From Ascidiella aspersa (Eukaryota): a stretch of DNA of 64,000 nt. The stretch covers positions 10,478,001 through 10,542,000 of the forward strand of contig OZ004612.1 in assembly GCA_963924565.1 (NCBI GenBank), in the 5' to 3' direction. Every line of letters begins with the position of its first letter. Position 1 is the first letter of the stretch. The notes beneath the pieces are model-generated. The model made no database searches, was not told the origin of the DNA, and saw only the letters and a program-made list of their open reading frames with translations. The position numbers and the translations under genes were made by a program. Shown piece by piece: positions 37,401-49,900 of this stretch.

Positions 37401-40400
37401 CCATTCGTCGCGATCCAACTGCTAATTAAACCGCTTATTAGGTTATTTTCTTAACACGATTTCTCCAAAATTTGAGAAAAAGGGCAAATGGGTAGACATG
37501 AAACATAAAAATCAAATTTAAACTTGGTTAAGAAACACTATACTCAATTAAAGAGTTTCCAGTTAAAACAAAGCAATCATTCTTGGGTAATACTGAAAAC
37601 CTATACGTTATCACCAAAAACCATAACGACAAATTTATAATTATAGTACACCGAATGCTTTAGGGGGCGTGTTGAAATCGTCGATATTACGTTATATTGT
37701 TGGCATTGTAATACAGATAATATATATACATCTTTTATCTTTTTACGACTCAAAACAGTATAGCCTCTCGAAATAGAGTTATATTTTGCAACTTTTGTTT
37801 TCTATAGTGTAAAAACGTTTGGAATTGATACGCACAGTAAGATTGAATTGTGCCTTGGAAAGAACGGAAAAACACTAACTGTTCGTATAATTGTTGTGTG
37901 TAGATCTCCAACAAGTCATCTTCACTGAAGTGAAACCAAAGTGCACCTACATCGATCCTAACTCCACAACAATCGAGGAAACCCAACTAACTGCCGGTTG
38001 CACAACTCACCAGAATGGAACTGTCACCACCTGCTCCTGCAACCATACCACTATCTTTTCGATCCTGTTGTCTGTTAAAGCAGTTAGCGTTCCAAAGGAG
38101 GTTAAGGTGGTTATTTTTTACTCATTTCGGTTGTTATTGTTGGTGGGTTGAATACTCGGAATTAAAGAAGATCAATTTCTAGTGTTTTTAACAGTAATTA
38201 TTCGCTTATAACTTAACGTGGCCCTAAACCTGGACTTCACATGTTATTAGTTGCTTGTCATAAGGTTGGGCTTTATTTTATTATACAAATGACTACACTG
38301 TAAATTTTGGAGGTTGTAATAATCCACCTTGGGGTGCAAATTTGTAAAAAATGGTGTTATATTCCACCATTATGTGAAAAAAGGTGGAAATAAACTTCAC
38401 TTGTTATTAGTTGTTTGCGTTTAAACTTGGACTTTATTTATTTTTATTTTACAAATGACTAGTTTGCAACACGGATGCTTGCCCAAATCATTTTGGTCGA
38501 GTTGTATAACAGCGTTGCTTTGGTGTCTCCAAAAGGCTGTTGTATAGACAGCTGAAAGCGCTAACAATACCCATTTGGCCTAGCTAGCGGATTCGCTTTT
38601 AACCGCACCTCTACGTCATTTCCGTTACAGTACGTGACGTACGCCACCGAGGGAGCGTCAATTTTCTTTCTCCTGGTGACCGTCACGACCCTGGTCCGAG
38701 TCAGGAAGAGCGTCGGAAGCGACCGAACCTTCGTCCAGATCAATCTCTGTCTGGCACTGATCCTCCTGCACGGAGCAAGCCTCTTCCACGATTTCAGCCG
38801 ACAGAACGCGCTCTTCTGCGAGATCCAGGCTGTCGCGCTGCACTACTTCCTGTTGGTTTCAGGTGAAATGTTTCGGTCGCCATTTTGTGTCCCGCCGAAC
38901 GCCGCCGGGTTTCCGGAAAAAAACGTGTCGAAAGTGTAAGGCGCTGCAGAGGCACTATAATGCTTGTTGTTTTATTTTGTATTTTTATCGCTGTTGTTTT
39001 ATTTTGCATTTTTTTGAAAGCAAGTAAAGCGTTAGCAAACGAAAAATCGATTCTATTCCCGTTTCGTTATCGTCGCAGTCGATTTGCAACAAAGTAAATA
39101 TTTTTTCTATTTTTTTTAACTAAAATTGCCACTGATTGCTCAATGTCAAATGCTTCAAAGAAGAAAGGTGGTAAAACTTCGTTGGAATAATATCTGCTGG
39201 AAGCAAAATAAAAACTTCACTGACTTACCACAAGTAGCCTATATACTTTAGAATGTATATAATCACATACTTCTGTTTAAATAATATATTAGTTCTTTAA
39301 AAGTCTAGATTAACGTTGCGTCTTTGTTAAAACGTATAGCTTCGCCTTCCTTATAGGGTTCAGCATGCTGCTAGAGGGGATTACCCTAGCCATGAAAACG
39401 TCACGCAAGTCCCTTCAGTACGCCGCCGAGGATAAGAGTGTGATAAACCGATTCCGCTTAGTGGTGGCTTGGCTGGTTCCGGCACTCATCACAGCGGCAG
39501 GCGCCGTCACAGGTAAGCCTCATCACGACGAGCGACCTTTTAGCTGACGAGTTATATGTTGTGTTTGGTTTATGGGTTCTATTATACCAGCCTTCCTTAA
39601 CCTAGGGTAAATTTTCTCGTTTTAGGGGGTAAATGAGCTATCAATGAAATTATCCACGTCTTGTTGACGGGACAGAAAAATTGTGCCAGTTGTAAATATT
39701 AGGAGCCTATACTTTCCTAGTTCGGAATATCTGCTAATTCGAAGCTAGCCTATAGTAACCCATTGGTTCTTTATCGTCTAGTGTCGGTAACGTTATGCTT
39801 CGCTAATTGATACTTTTTTAGTTTTTTGGCAACATCCTTATTTTTTAGTTGCTTAATTTGTTGTTGACAAAACGTAAGGGGAGCCGTCGCATTGAATATA
39901 ACTGTTGTAATTTGTAACTTTCCTTTTTTTAATAAATAAGCACCATTTTATATATTAGGGGTAAAATTGATATTCATTTTGGTTAAAAGGGTATAACATA
40001 CAAAATAGGTTAAGAACCTCTGCATTAGACTTTTCCGCGAACCAGTTATATCTTCGTTATCGAACTACCAGATATGCTTTAATAAACGAAGTTAGCCCAA
40101 AATGTCATTAGTCACGGGTTGTTTAATAATTTTATGTAACTTTTTTAAAAAAATTGAAAAACGTTGGATAGATGCACAGCTGCGGTCAAAGTGAATTTTT
40201 TTTTTATTTATTTACAGTGTTGGTTAGGCTACTTTCATTTCCACTGCATGAAAATTAATTTAATTGGTTATAGATATCTAACTAAACTGAACTGTATACT
40301 ATATTTTTTAAATACTGCCGCATTTTATTTAATCTACAAAGATGCCTAATCCACTCCTGTGAAAATTTGGATTTGTCGGAACTGGATGCACAATGGCACT

Positions 40401-42768
40401 ATTAAATTGAGACGTTAGCATTAACATAATATACATAACTTCTCAGAAAACAATATAACGACAGATGTTCAGCAAGAGTATTCACGTTTTGACTCGTAAC
40501 GCACTTTCCGTTTACCATGGGCAAAAAGCGCATACTATTACAGGCGTATCTTGGTTAGATGAAAAGTCTTACGCACGGTTAGTCTCCTATTTTGCGTAAA
40601 TGCACAGAATGGTTAAACGGTAATTTAGAGGAATGGTACATGTTTCTGTTATTACGATACGCGTTGGCATGGTTTATGAGCTTGTAAGCACGGGTGACAT
40701 TTTGCTGTCAGCGAATGTTGAAAGCAAGAAAAGGTTTGTTCTTTGGTCTTAACAACTGTAAATTAATAAAGACAAGTGTTGCTCCGAAGAGCAGCTTTCT
40801 GTAGCCTTACACTCAAAGGTCCAACATAATTTTACAAGATTTCTCTAATTACCCTTAACCGTACACGCAAAAATCTATCTCAACCTGTTCGTATTTAGAA
40901 TTTGTTTTGAATAAAAAAAAATCTTCTTTAATCCGAATGGTGAACAACAAACTATCTGGTTTTCATCAATGATAAAAAAAAACTGAAAATCAATTTGTTT
41001 GGATGTTAAACGATAAGTATATTTCACTCCTACGTGCATTTTTATGTTTTCGAGTAAAAAAATCATTTTTTACGTTTAACCCTGGGTAACAGATATCATG
41101 ATGGTCGACAACTAACCATATTGAAAACAAATGGATACCTCAGTTTTGTTTGCTATTATTTGTTAATGAAAGCATCTGTTAGCAGCTGTCAATGATGACG
41201 GTAATTTAAGATACACAAAACACGCCTCATTTAATCGTTGCTTCTTTCAGGATTCTTTACCGACACTTACATGACTCCCGGCCCGGTCTACCTGAGCGGT
41301 CTCGTGGCGCAGAGCAACACATCACCGTACAAGTACAACCGCTGCTGGTTGGACCCCCAGCACTTGGTCTTCTGGTGCAGCGTGTTCGCACCTCTGGCCC
41401 TCGTCCTCACCATTAATCTGGTGGTCATGGTGCGCGTCATGGTGCTGATGGTTCAGATACAACAGCGCGACAAGAAGCACCGTGTCGAGCCTATCGCCCA
41501 GCCCGGTGCAGAGCCGAGTCCTCCGAATCTGGACACAAGTCAGCTGCAGTCGGCCATGAGAATGGTGGCCATGCTGTGCCCTGTTATGGGCTTTCCTTGG
41601 GTTATGGGCTTCTGCATTGGTAAGCCGACTCTGTACGGTTGAAACAGTCGTTGTCTAACGCAGGCGGGGCGTTATCATTAGGCAGGGGCGGATCCACTGC
41701 TATGGTACATGGCCATCCACCAAATTGTGTTTTTGCCAATTCACCTATTGAAAGCACTTTTTTCCTAATTATATTTCTATCACAATTATATTTTTTTTTG
41801 TCTTAACTATACTTCTAGTAGTTCTTACCCTCCATTTTAATAAACATCCCTCGACAAAGAAAGCTTCGGATACTTAAACGATATAAGGGCGTGCTTTTGC
41901 TTTGCGTGAATCGTAAAAATCTTTGTGATTTAGCTTTTGCTTTGAATACCTGATAACTAACAAAAAAAACGAATAGTGTGGTGTTCTGAAGGTTACTTTT
42001 AATGACCTCGCGTTTAGATGTAACTTTGTTATGACGTAGCTTTGTGCCGTCATCCATGAAAAAAATGTCATTGCCCTACCCCAAACAATTCTGTAAAAGG
42101 TATTAAAACTAGCTTTTTAAGAAAACATTTTTTGCTCATTTAATTTTAATGTATTTTTATTTGAAAAGATATATATCCCATTAAAATCACTAAATTATGA
42201 CTTATTGCTGTTGCAGACCAACGCCTGCTTTGTTCATTGTTTTAACGCACGGCGACTACAATATGAGCCAATAATAGAAAACTGACCAAAATATTTCACA
42301 AATTAGGCCTAGTCTTTTTTACAATAGACCAGGTTATTACTTTTCTCGGTAAGAATTGCTTCAATCAATACAATGGAAGAGGACTGGTAAACTGTGGCAT
42401 TTGTCCATGTTAAAAAAACATCAGGCCAGAAAGTGGACCATTTCGCAAAATGGTCTAGGCCTCTGAAGTAATTATTAACTAACGTGTCAGGTCCCATGTT
42501 ATAAAAATCTGTCATACTGTATTTTTTAAGATTATGCTAAAATCAGAATAAACGATAGGCAATTAAATACGCAGGTCTCGACGCTTCGTCCGATCTCATC
42601 CTGATCTTCGGTAACGCCCTGGTGAACGGGCTGCAAGGCTTTCTCGTCTTTCTTGTCTACTGTGTCTTCGGCAAGGAAGTCCGCAAGGCGGTAGTGAGCG
42701 GTCTGCGCAACTCAGCCATCTCACAGCACTTTGGCTGGAGCTGGCAGAGCAACAACCACGACAACTGA
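25411..42768 (+). CDS. Adhesion G protein-coupled receptor (class B2; GAIN/GPS + 7TM) with three degenerate C-type lectin-like modules, ~1003 aa
   Basis: Phase-compatible exons: 25411-25507 (signal peptide), 26823-26942, 27315-27404, 29862-30035, 30644-30781, 33703-33870, 34017-34139, 34842-35024, 35621-35791, 36033-36101, 36457-36683, 37050-37347, 37904-38106 (GPS CSCNHTTIFSILL), 38631-38862 (TM1-3, LHYFLL), 39357-39512 (MLLEG, AWLVP), 41251-41619 (CWL, TM5-6), 42575-42768 (NGLQGFLVFLVYC...KEVR). Total 3012 nt. Exons from 36457 onward are secure; the first three are less certain. Confidence 0.88.
27716..27940 (+). mobile_element. MITE fragment of the same family as the split element at 290-2131
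   Basis: Reverse-complement similarity to 2095-2131 and 290-362. Confidence 0.6.
30911..31339. mobile_element. MITE with gactt/aagtc subterminal repeats, related to 55750-56227 in opposite orientation
   Basis: Begins cagtgtgataatgac. Contains repeated tgactt and shares the reverse complement of the internal motif aaaacgataaaccattaaa. Confidence 0.6.
31566..32050. mobile_element. hAT MITE with ggttc subterminal repeats
   Basis: TIRs cacggagtc / gactccctg. Perfect TSD attttgac. Confidence 0.85.
32204..32470. mobile_element. hAT-Charlie-like MITE
   Basis: TIRs cattggttcttaaac / gtttaaaaatcactg. TSD gtacaggc / gtataggc (7/8). Confidence 0.75.
32793..33529. mobile_element. Foldback-type element whose long inverted arms are ~31-bp tandem units (aaatgtgcgcacattttgaactgccttta)
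   Basis: The left array (32810-33021) is the reverse complement of the right array (33275-33500). Termini are ctggga / tcccag. A right-arm fragment recurs at ~49590-49713. Confidence 0.75.
33022..33232. other. Assembly gap (211 N)
   Basis: Run of N at the centre of the inverted tandem array. Confidence 1.
39588..40022. mobile_element. hAT-like MITE
   Basis: TIRs cagccttccttaaccta / taggttaagaacctctg. TSD tattatac / cattagac (6/8). Confidence 0.65.
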
Positions 42769-45700
42769 CATCGATTCTTTGGCAAAAATAACCTTTGAGG
42801 TTTAAACAGTCCGATTGCCCGCCCGGTCGTCTGTTTGTTTGTACAACATTGGTTAGTTTTTTCGGCGACGTCTTTGGAAAAAGTTTGTTGAACTTGCGAC
42901 GCACTTAGACACTTTACAAAGTGGTCTTTATTTATTTGTTGATTTGTTTGTATCGAAAATTCATAACCAATTTTTGCCGTTCTTCGTAAGAATGTTTTCC
43001 AGTGCGTATATTAGAGGTTAACAATAATATATTTGCATCCGTTGTATAACTGCAAATGAGTTTTAATGGAAAACGGAATCATTGTGCGACGCTCTTAAAA
43101 AATTAAACGCAGCAGAGCGACGCGACGCACAGTTTAATAACCTCAGGCGTATTTTTAACCTGATCTAAATCAACATTAGTTGGTAATTTATAAGGCGAGA
43201 AGTCCAGAAAAAAAGGGATCACTTTTGATTACGTTATACAACGTCTTTTCACCTCTCGTATACAGTTTTTAGTTGTGTGGCGCTGGGCGTTGTAAAACTT
43301 GCGTTTGGGGATTGGAAAACCTAGGAAATACAGGCATAAACATTACCCTTTGGTGTTATTGTGTCGTTGCTTTGCTGTACACCATACTGTTTTGCAATTG
43401 TTTTTGTTGTCCTATGAAAACACGTTGTGCTTCACTATTGCGTTTTGTTTAAAAAATATTGTATCAATCAGCCGCATAACAAATGGCAACTTCAACAAAA
43501 TTAAAAAACTTTAAAATACAAAAAAAATCTCATGTTAGCACTTTTGTTACAAGCATTTCTCATATTTGGCACTTTTATTGCAGTTTGTGCTAAATGCAGG
43601 CTTGCGGTAGACACACATCGGTTCATTGAAAGCATTCGCTGCTGAAAATATTTGGTAACCCCTATTTCAGGCAAGTGGCATAGTTGCACTTGGCGCAAGT
43701 GATCATGTATTATAAATTGTTTCTAAGTCGTTGATTTTAATGCTTAAGGCGGCCGATCTATTTACATTTTACACCAAACAACAGAGCTCCCTCTTAGCTT
43801 CGTTTATATTTACAATTTGCGATATTTATATTGCGTTGTAATATGCTAAACATTGTCATTCACATGTTTAAATGCTTCCCGAGAAGATTTCGTATTAATA
43901 TTCTACTTGCGTTAATATTACTTCTATCGCAATTGTATTTTTGATTGTTTTATGAATTTGTTTTAGTAGGACGTGCTGAGTGCTAGTTTTAGTTGCACGG
44001 CGAGATAACATCATGTATAGTTTTTTACTTTAATTGAAACTGGCTGTTCACTACATTTTTGTGAACAAAATAGCTTAATACTTGCAATATCATAACGTTC
44101 TTGAGTCACTATTGTAATCTATCTCGTTTGTTGCAACACATTTTTGTCGTAATATACACCGCATTTTTTCTCTATAGTTCAAATAAAAGTTTTGTGTCTA
44201 ACTATAATTCGAACTTTTTTAAAGGCTTCGGTAAATTCGGAATGCTGTTTAAAAATGCAAAATGTGCTTATTAACAATCCTACCGTAATCTAATTTATGT
44301 ACATTACAATGACTTGCGGTACCATAAGTTTAGTCGTATGCTCTATATATATATGGTTACAAAAAAATCCTGGTTGCAACAATTTTATAAGTTTAATGTC
44401 AATTTTAGACACAAAACATTTAATAAGTGAGCATTCTGCAACAATCCAACCGGCACCAAAAATTTCTTACCAAATATAATCAATTTATGATACACATCGA
44501 AGGCGTTTCGTGCTTCTCCATACATGACATACATTTTGCCATATTTCGAGCCTTCTCATTGAAATCGCGACTTGAAATTAGTTTACGTGTTTGCGGATTA
44601 TACGAAAACACTTTATTTGTTTCAAGGCTGCGAATTTGCTGTGAATCACAAACTAATCGGATTAACATTAAGATTTGTCTGTAGCGCAACGTTTACCGCA
44701 ATGAGTAAGCAAAGTAGAAGATGTTTTTTAGTGAGACCCAACAAACGACTTTTTGTGGCTTTCAACCAAAAAAGTAAAGATTAGAGGGCTGCAAAGTAGG
44801 TCAACGAAAAAGCAACAATACCCTTTAAGATATATCATACGGAATTTGTTTCTGCAAATTCAATGGATATCTTTACTTAATTCACGATTACACATCCACC
44901 AGTGTACAAAAATAGCTTTCTATATTATGTTTGGCAATTGAATAACCCAGGTGCGGCATTTAAAAACAAAATCACAGACATTTAAATTAATGCGAATAGA
45001 TTTCTTGTAAGCCGAGACCCTTATCAGACTGCACATGTCTGACATCTACATGCAGGTACTTATCAAACGAGATTGATTAAATAAACGATAAAACCTATTT
45101 CTGTAAGTAAATGACACTGGAATCAAATTATTGCATGCCTTTACCAGTGGGGAAAGTAAGCCGACACGGCCGGAACAGCGTTCCGATAAAATAATTGCTT
45201 CTTTTCGGTAAAATATATCAGTTGATATTTGTGCACTATATAGTTAGAACGATAACCTAAGATTAGCTAAGGTTACTTGTTCAAGACGCCCCGTTTGTTA
45301 ACAGATTTTTCTATGTTTCCCTTACTAATGACCTAACTTTGTGAGGTTATATTAGATAATGTTCATGTCCTCTAACAACAGGTCTCACCTTACAGTTTGG
45401 CGTAAGCCAGCCAAGGACATAGTACAAGCATGAAAGTGTTTGAGAAATGGGACCAGTGTTTAAGGGCTTCGGCTTTGCAAACACTGCCGATACAGCGATA
45501 CAGGAAGGCAATTAAAATTGATCTCAGTATTGGATATGGCACATGACAAATCGTGAAGTCGATCAATTATTTGTAGCCTATTTATCCTAAGCAAAATAAT
45601 TGTCATTGGGATTTTTTGGTTTAACAAAAACATTTATCCATGACAGTGATTTCCAAACTTTTTAGTGGGATGGATGATTTTAATTTGTTTGGCTGAAAAC

Positions 45701-46937
45701 CAGTTAACCTCTCACCTAGAACCGCAGGGAAATTGGCGCGTTGAACTGTTTAGAGTGTAATCATTTAGACAGTTATAAAAATCTTATTGCATAAAATGCT
45801 TAAGCAATTTGCTTAATAATTAAGTCACCATTGATGATTTATATCATTGTTTGGAATGGTGTGAGTCAAGTCACTTCAAAGCGAAAACCTAAATTGTGTG
45901 AAATTAAATCATGGATTTAAGTCATTACAACCCTGGCGGTTTCTGCAGCTACAATAGATGGATGAATATTTTTTTAATACTGTACATTCATGTGTAGATA
46001 ATCTTTAAAATTTTAGAACAGCTTATAGAAGTTTAGGTATAATTAAATTTTAAGTAAAAACCTGGTTCATGGCAGATCTAGTGTTAAGCTGTATTACATA
46101 TAGTTTCTTTAATTGCTCTAAAAGTTCGCGAGAAAATCGTATAGACTTACAAAAATACTTCAATGCACCTCTGAGGGTTCATGGACTTCGGTTTGGGGCC
46201 CATGATTTACATTATGTACACAAGATGCACCCATAAAGGCCCGCATACGTTTTTTACCATTTTTAGGTCTCACTAAACCAAGTACTGCCTCTCTTTATCG
46301 GCCCGTGTAAATATTTCTTAAAAACAAAAAAAAATGTGTCACAGTTTTTGTGCAAACCGTCATTTTGGGCTTTATCTTCGGTCGATCGCCGATCACAGTT
46401 TGCACGTCACGGGAAGTTCCCAAACTTTGAATCACCTAAAAAGGTTTCGTTCCGCGAAAAGCTGTGCAAGTCACAAGCCGACCAACAGACTTGTTTACGC
46501 GAACTCACCACTGCTTTTCGGAAGCTATAAAGCCGAAAGAAAATCCGCATTTGATATAGCAGTCGATTGTTGATCACTTGGTTGAAGGTAAATTTCAAAG
46601 AAAGTTGGTGCAGAATATGCGTCTTTGGTTGTAGTTTAGCTACAGTTTCAAGAAAGCAAGCAACTTTATAGTGTCCGGTATGCAGTTTTTTTAGGTTTGG
46701 CTTTTGCAACGATTGAGAAGTTTAGAAAATAGCATTAACAAAGACTATAGTTGCTAAATGGCTGCTGTATTTATACGTCAGTATTAATTTGAAAAAATGT
46801 TGCAAAAAATGGATCAACTCTTTAAGTTCAACAAAACAGTTTAAAAAACACTGGCTGTAAATCCTGTAACATATTTAAAAATTGAACAAAATTGAGCGTT
46901 TATTTTTTTCTGTTTTACAGACTTGAACTGCCTCAAA

Positions 46938-49900
46938 ATGATTTTCAAATTAACGTTATTCATTGTTTTGTGCTGCTTGGGCATCGCCAACGGCAATTAT
47001 TTCAACATCATTCAAAGCATAAGTAAGAGCTCTATGACTTAGAGAAAAAAATCTGCAGCGTGTTACAAATGAATAGCAGCGCTTTGCGTTAACGATATTT
47101 AACATCAGGTTTGTTTACATTATGATGCAGTCATTTGAATAGATTAGCGCTTCTTGCGCTGTGGAAAACTGACTGCCAAGTGCCAAAGTGCGTGGCGTAC
47201 AAACGGAAAACGTTTGAAAAATATTGGAGATACATTTTTAATTTTTATTTTTGAAATGTAATAAAAATTTGCAAGGAATTTGAAAGAAATGCCGGTATAC
47301 CCCCCAAAAAAAATCGCGCTCGCTTCGCTCGCCAGGTGCGCCCGGACTTAAATAGGTTAACAATAAACACTGAAGTAAATTAACCATTAAGATTATTGCG
47401 TTTTCTCAAAGTGGTTTTGTTACACTTTTCAATATGAATAACGACGTATGGACTCCAATTTTAAACCAAACGCACGCCTTTTGTCCTGCTTTGCGCCAAC
47501 ACTTTACTGCCTTCTTGAAAGCAAATAAACACGTTTTAAAGTGCAAAAACATATCCGAATCCCGCCTGATTTAGAGTTGTTCGAACATTTTAATAACATA
47601 ATTCTTAGTTAACATTTTGTGCGGCCCGCAGAGAGCTTTCTTAGATTGGTTTTAGCCCGCGACTAGAAAAAGGTTGTCGACCCCTGTTGTACAGTATGTG
47701 TGCTCTTTTAACGATAATTAAATTGCCGCAGTTATGCACAACTTATTGATTTCGAAAGCTTTTACTATCCAGTATCGTAAATCTTACTTGTTGCGCTTTG
47801 AATTTATGATGAATTAATGAGTTAAGCAGAGGGAAGCAATCCCATCCGTCCCATTGATGTTGTCAGTTTTGTAAATATATAAAATTTGGTTTCATATTGT
47901 TTTTGCTTTGTTTAGTGGTCCGCGAAAAAACAGATTTACAAATAGTGGTCCGTGGTCCAAAAAAGTTTGGGAACCCTGCTCTATACATAACGAAACCCAC
48001 TGGCAAAAGCAAGAAGCCAAAAATACAGTCCCTGGTATAGCAAAATGCCGATCAAAATTTGCCAATAAAATCTAAAAAACTGGGTTCAATGCAAATTCTA
48101 TAAACCATTCAATTTCAAAACATTCAATTTCAAAACAGTGTGCATTTTGAACTCAGTATCAATATCACCATGCTTTTGTGTTATTGATGGCTACAAACCT
48201 GTTAAACATGTCCGCACGTCACAATATCCCGCAGCTATTGGAATGATAATCGCCGAACGCCGCTTTTTTACAGTTTGCTCTCCGCCACGCCGGCCGTTTA
48301 GGGGCCGCTACAGGTACACACCGTCCAGGTTGCGAGGAGTGCCAAGTTCAGTGGTCGAGTACTATTGCGAGCCGCACTTCACGCTGGTCGGGAGCAATGT
48401 GAACATATGCACCAATCGCCGCTGGACTATGTCCACGCCAAGATGCGTCCGTAAGCTTCCGTCGTTTTTTGCTGTTTTTTGCGCGCCGCGTCGTTTAAGG
48501 CTGAGAAGCGAATTAAGAATTATATAAGGGCGAAAATACTGTTATTTGCGATTGATTCGAGAAAAGGCGCATTCACCGGAAACCAACCATATATCAAATG
48601 CTGATTCATAAAATTTATTTAATTACATGTACTTTATTGGGTTACACACGCTTTAGTATGAAAAAGTAATCAATATTCGACCCCCAAAAAATTTCCGATT
48701 CTCGTACAGACACGGGTTAACGATCCACAATTTGTGGTCTTGTTTTTTTAGCGGAAGACAAATGCAAACGATCCAGGTGCCATTACAGGGCCAAGTGCAA
48801 AACCGTCGTCAGCTATCTGGGATCGTCATCGTATAAATGCGAGTGCCGAGAAGGATATTCCGGCGACGGAAAATACTCGTGCAACAGTAAGTGAATATAG
48901 TCATACCTGGTCACGCGCTTGAAGACAGTTAAAGCTTTAAAACGTATAGCTTAAATATGCGCAAAGGCTACAACTTATGCAAAAATACACAAGTATAATA
49001 AATCATTTGTTTAATGATTTAAATAATATACAAACTTTTCATACAAATAGCCTGAAGTGATCATTCTAAAGCCGTGTGAAATACTTATTTTTATTTTTGG
49101 CAAGATATGGCATGTAAATGTGGGATTATAGGCTCTTTTTGATTAAGAAAAGTTTTGTAAATTTTAGGCCGAAGCTATAACTTACGTATAGAAAAAGAAA
49201 GGTATAACCGTAGTACACTTGAGAAAAGGTATGAAAATTCAGCAAAGAGCTTTTCAAACGAAGCATAAAGATTTTGTGCTTTCTCTCGTAGGTGGGCTAC
49301 AAAATATATCGTTTCACTTAACGATTTTCTTTTTAACGCAGAGCAATGCACGACGCCATACATCCCCCAAAACGGCGGCATCCGGCCGCTCAAGAAGTAC
49401 TACGACCGCTTCGAAAGCATACAATACTATTGCAACGCAGGCTATGTCCCTGCTTATGGACAATCGTGGACCGTCTGCAACTCTGGATTTTTCAGGGGTT
49501 CATCGCCGGTTTGCTTTAGTAAGTAACCGCTGCATTAAAAGATAAAACAAAGAAAAGTCAATTTTCCAATCTCTTTAATAAACATCAACATTGTTAAAAA
49601 AAGTGCGCACATTTTTGAAGCCCTTTTAAAATGTGCGCACAATTTTTGCACATTTTGGCGTGCACATTTTTGCGCACATTGTGCAAAAAATGTTCGCATC
49701 CCCGTCTCGTCCAGTCGCTTCGTCACTTCGAAGTTTTTCTGCTGCTATAGATAGCAGTCGTTAGCTACAGAGAGCTAAAACGCAATATTTCAGGTTTTTG
49801 CCCCCCAGTCAAAGGCACCTAGGGGTGCAGCTTCATAAACCTCGACATTGCACCTTCATACCACTCTACACTATGTCTGAAAATTTGAAAGTTCTATGTA

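Noticed and set aside
37808-37836. Possible 29-bp micro-exon (tag|...|gtaag) in GPCR1
   Set aside because: It gives an immediate in-frame stop and frameshift, whereas 37347 splices in frame directly to 37904.
43000-46900. Short ORFs between GPCR1 and the Sushi gene
   Set aside because: The region is AT-rich with no coherent exon chain or motifs, and is treated as intergenic with degraded repeat fragments.
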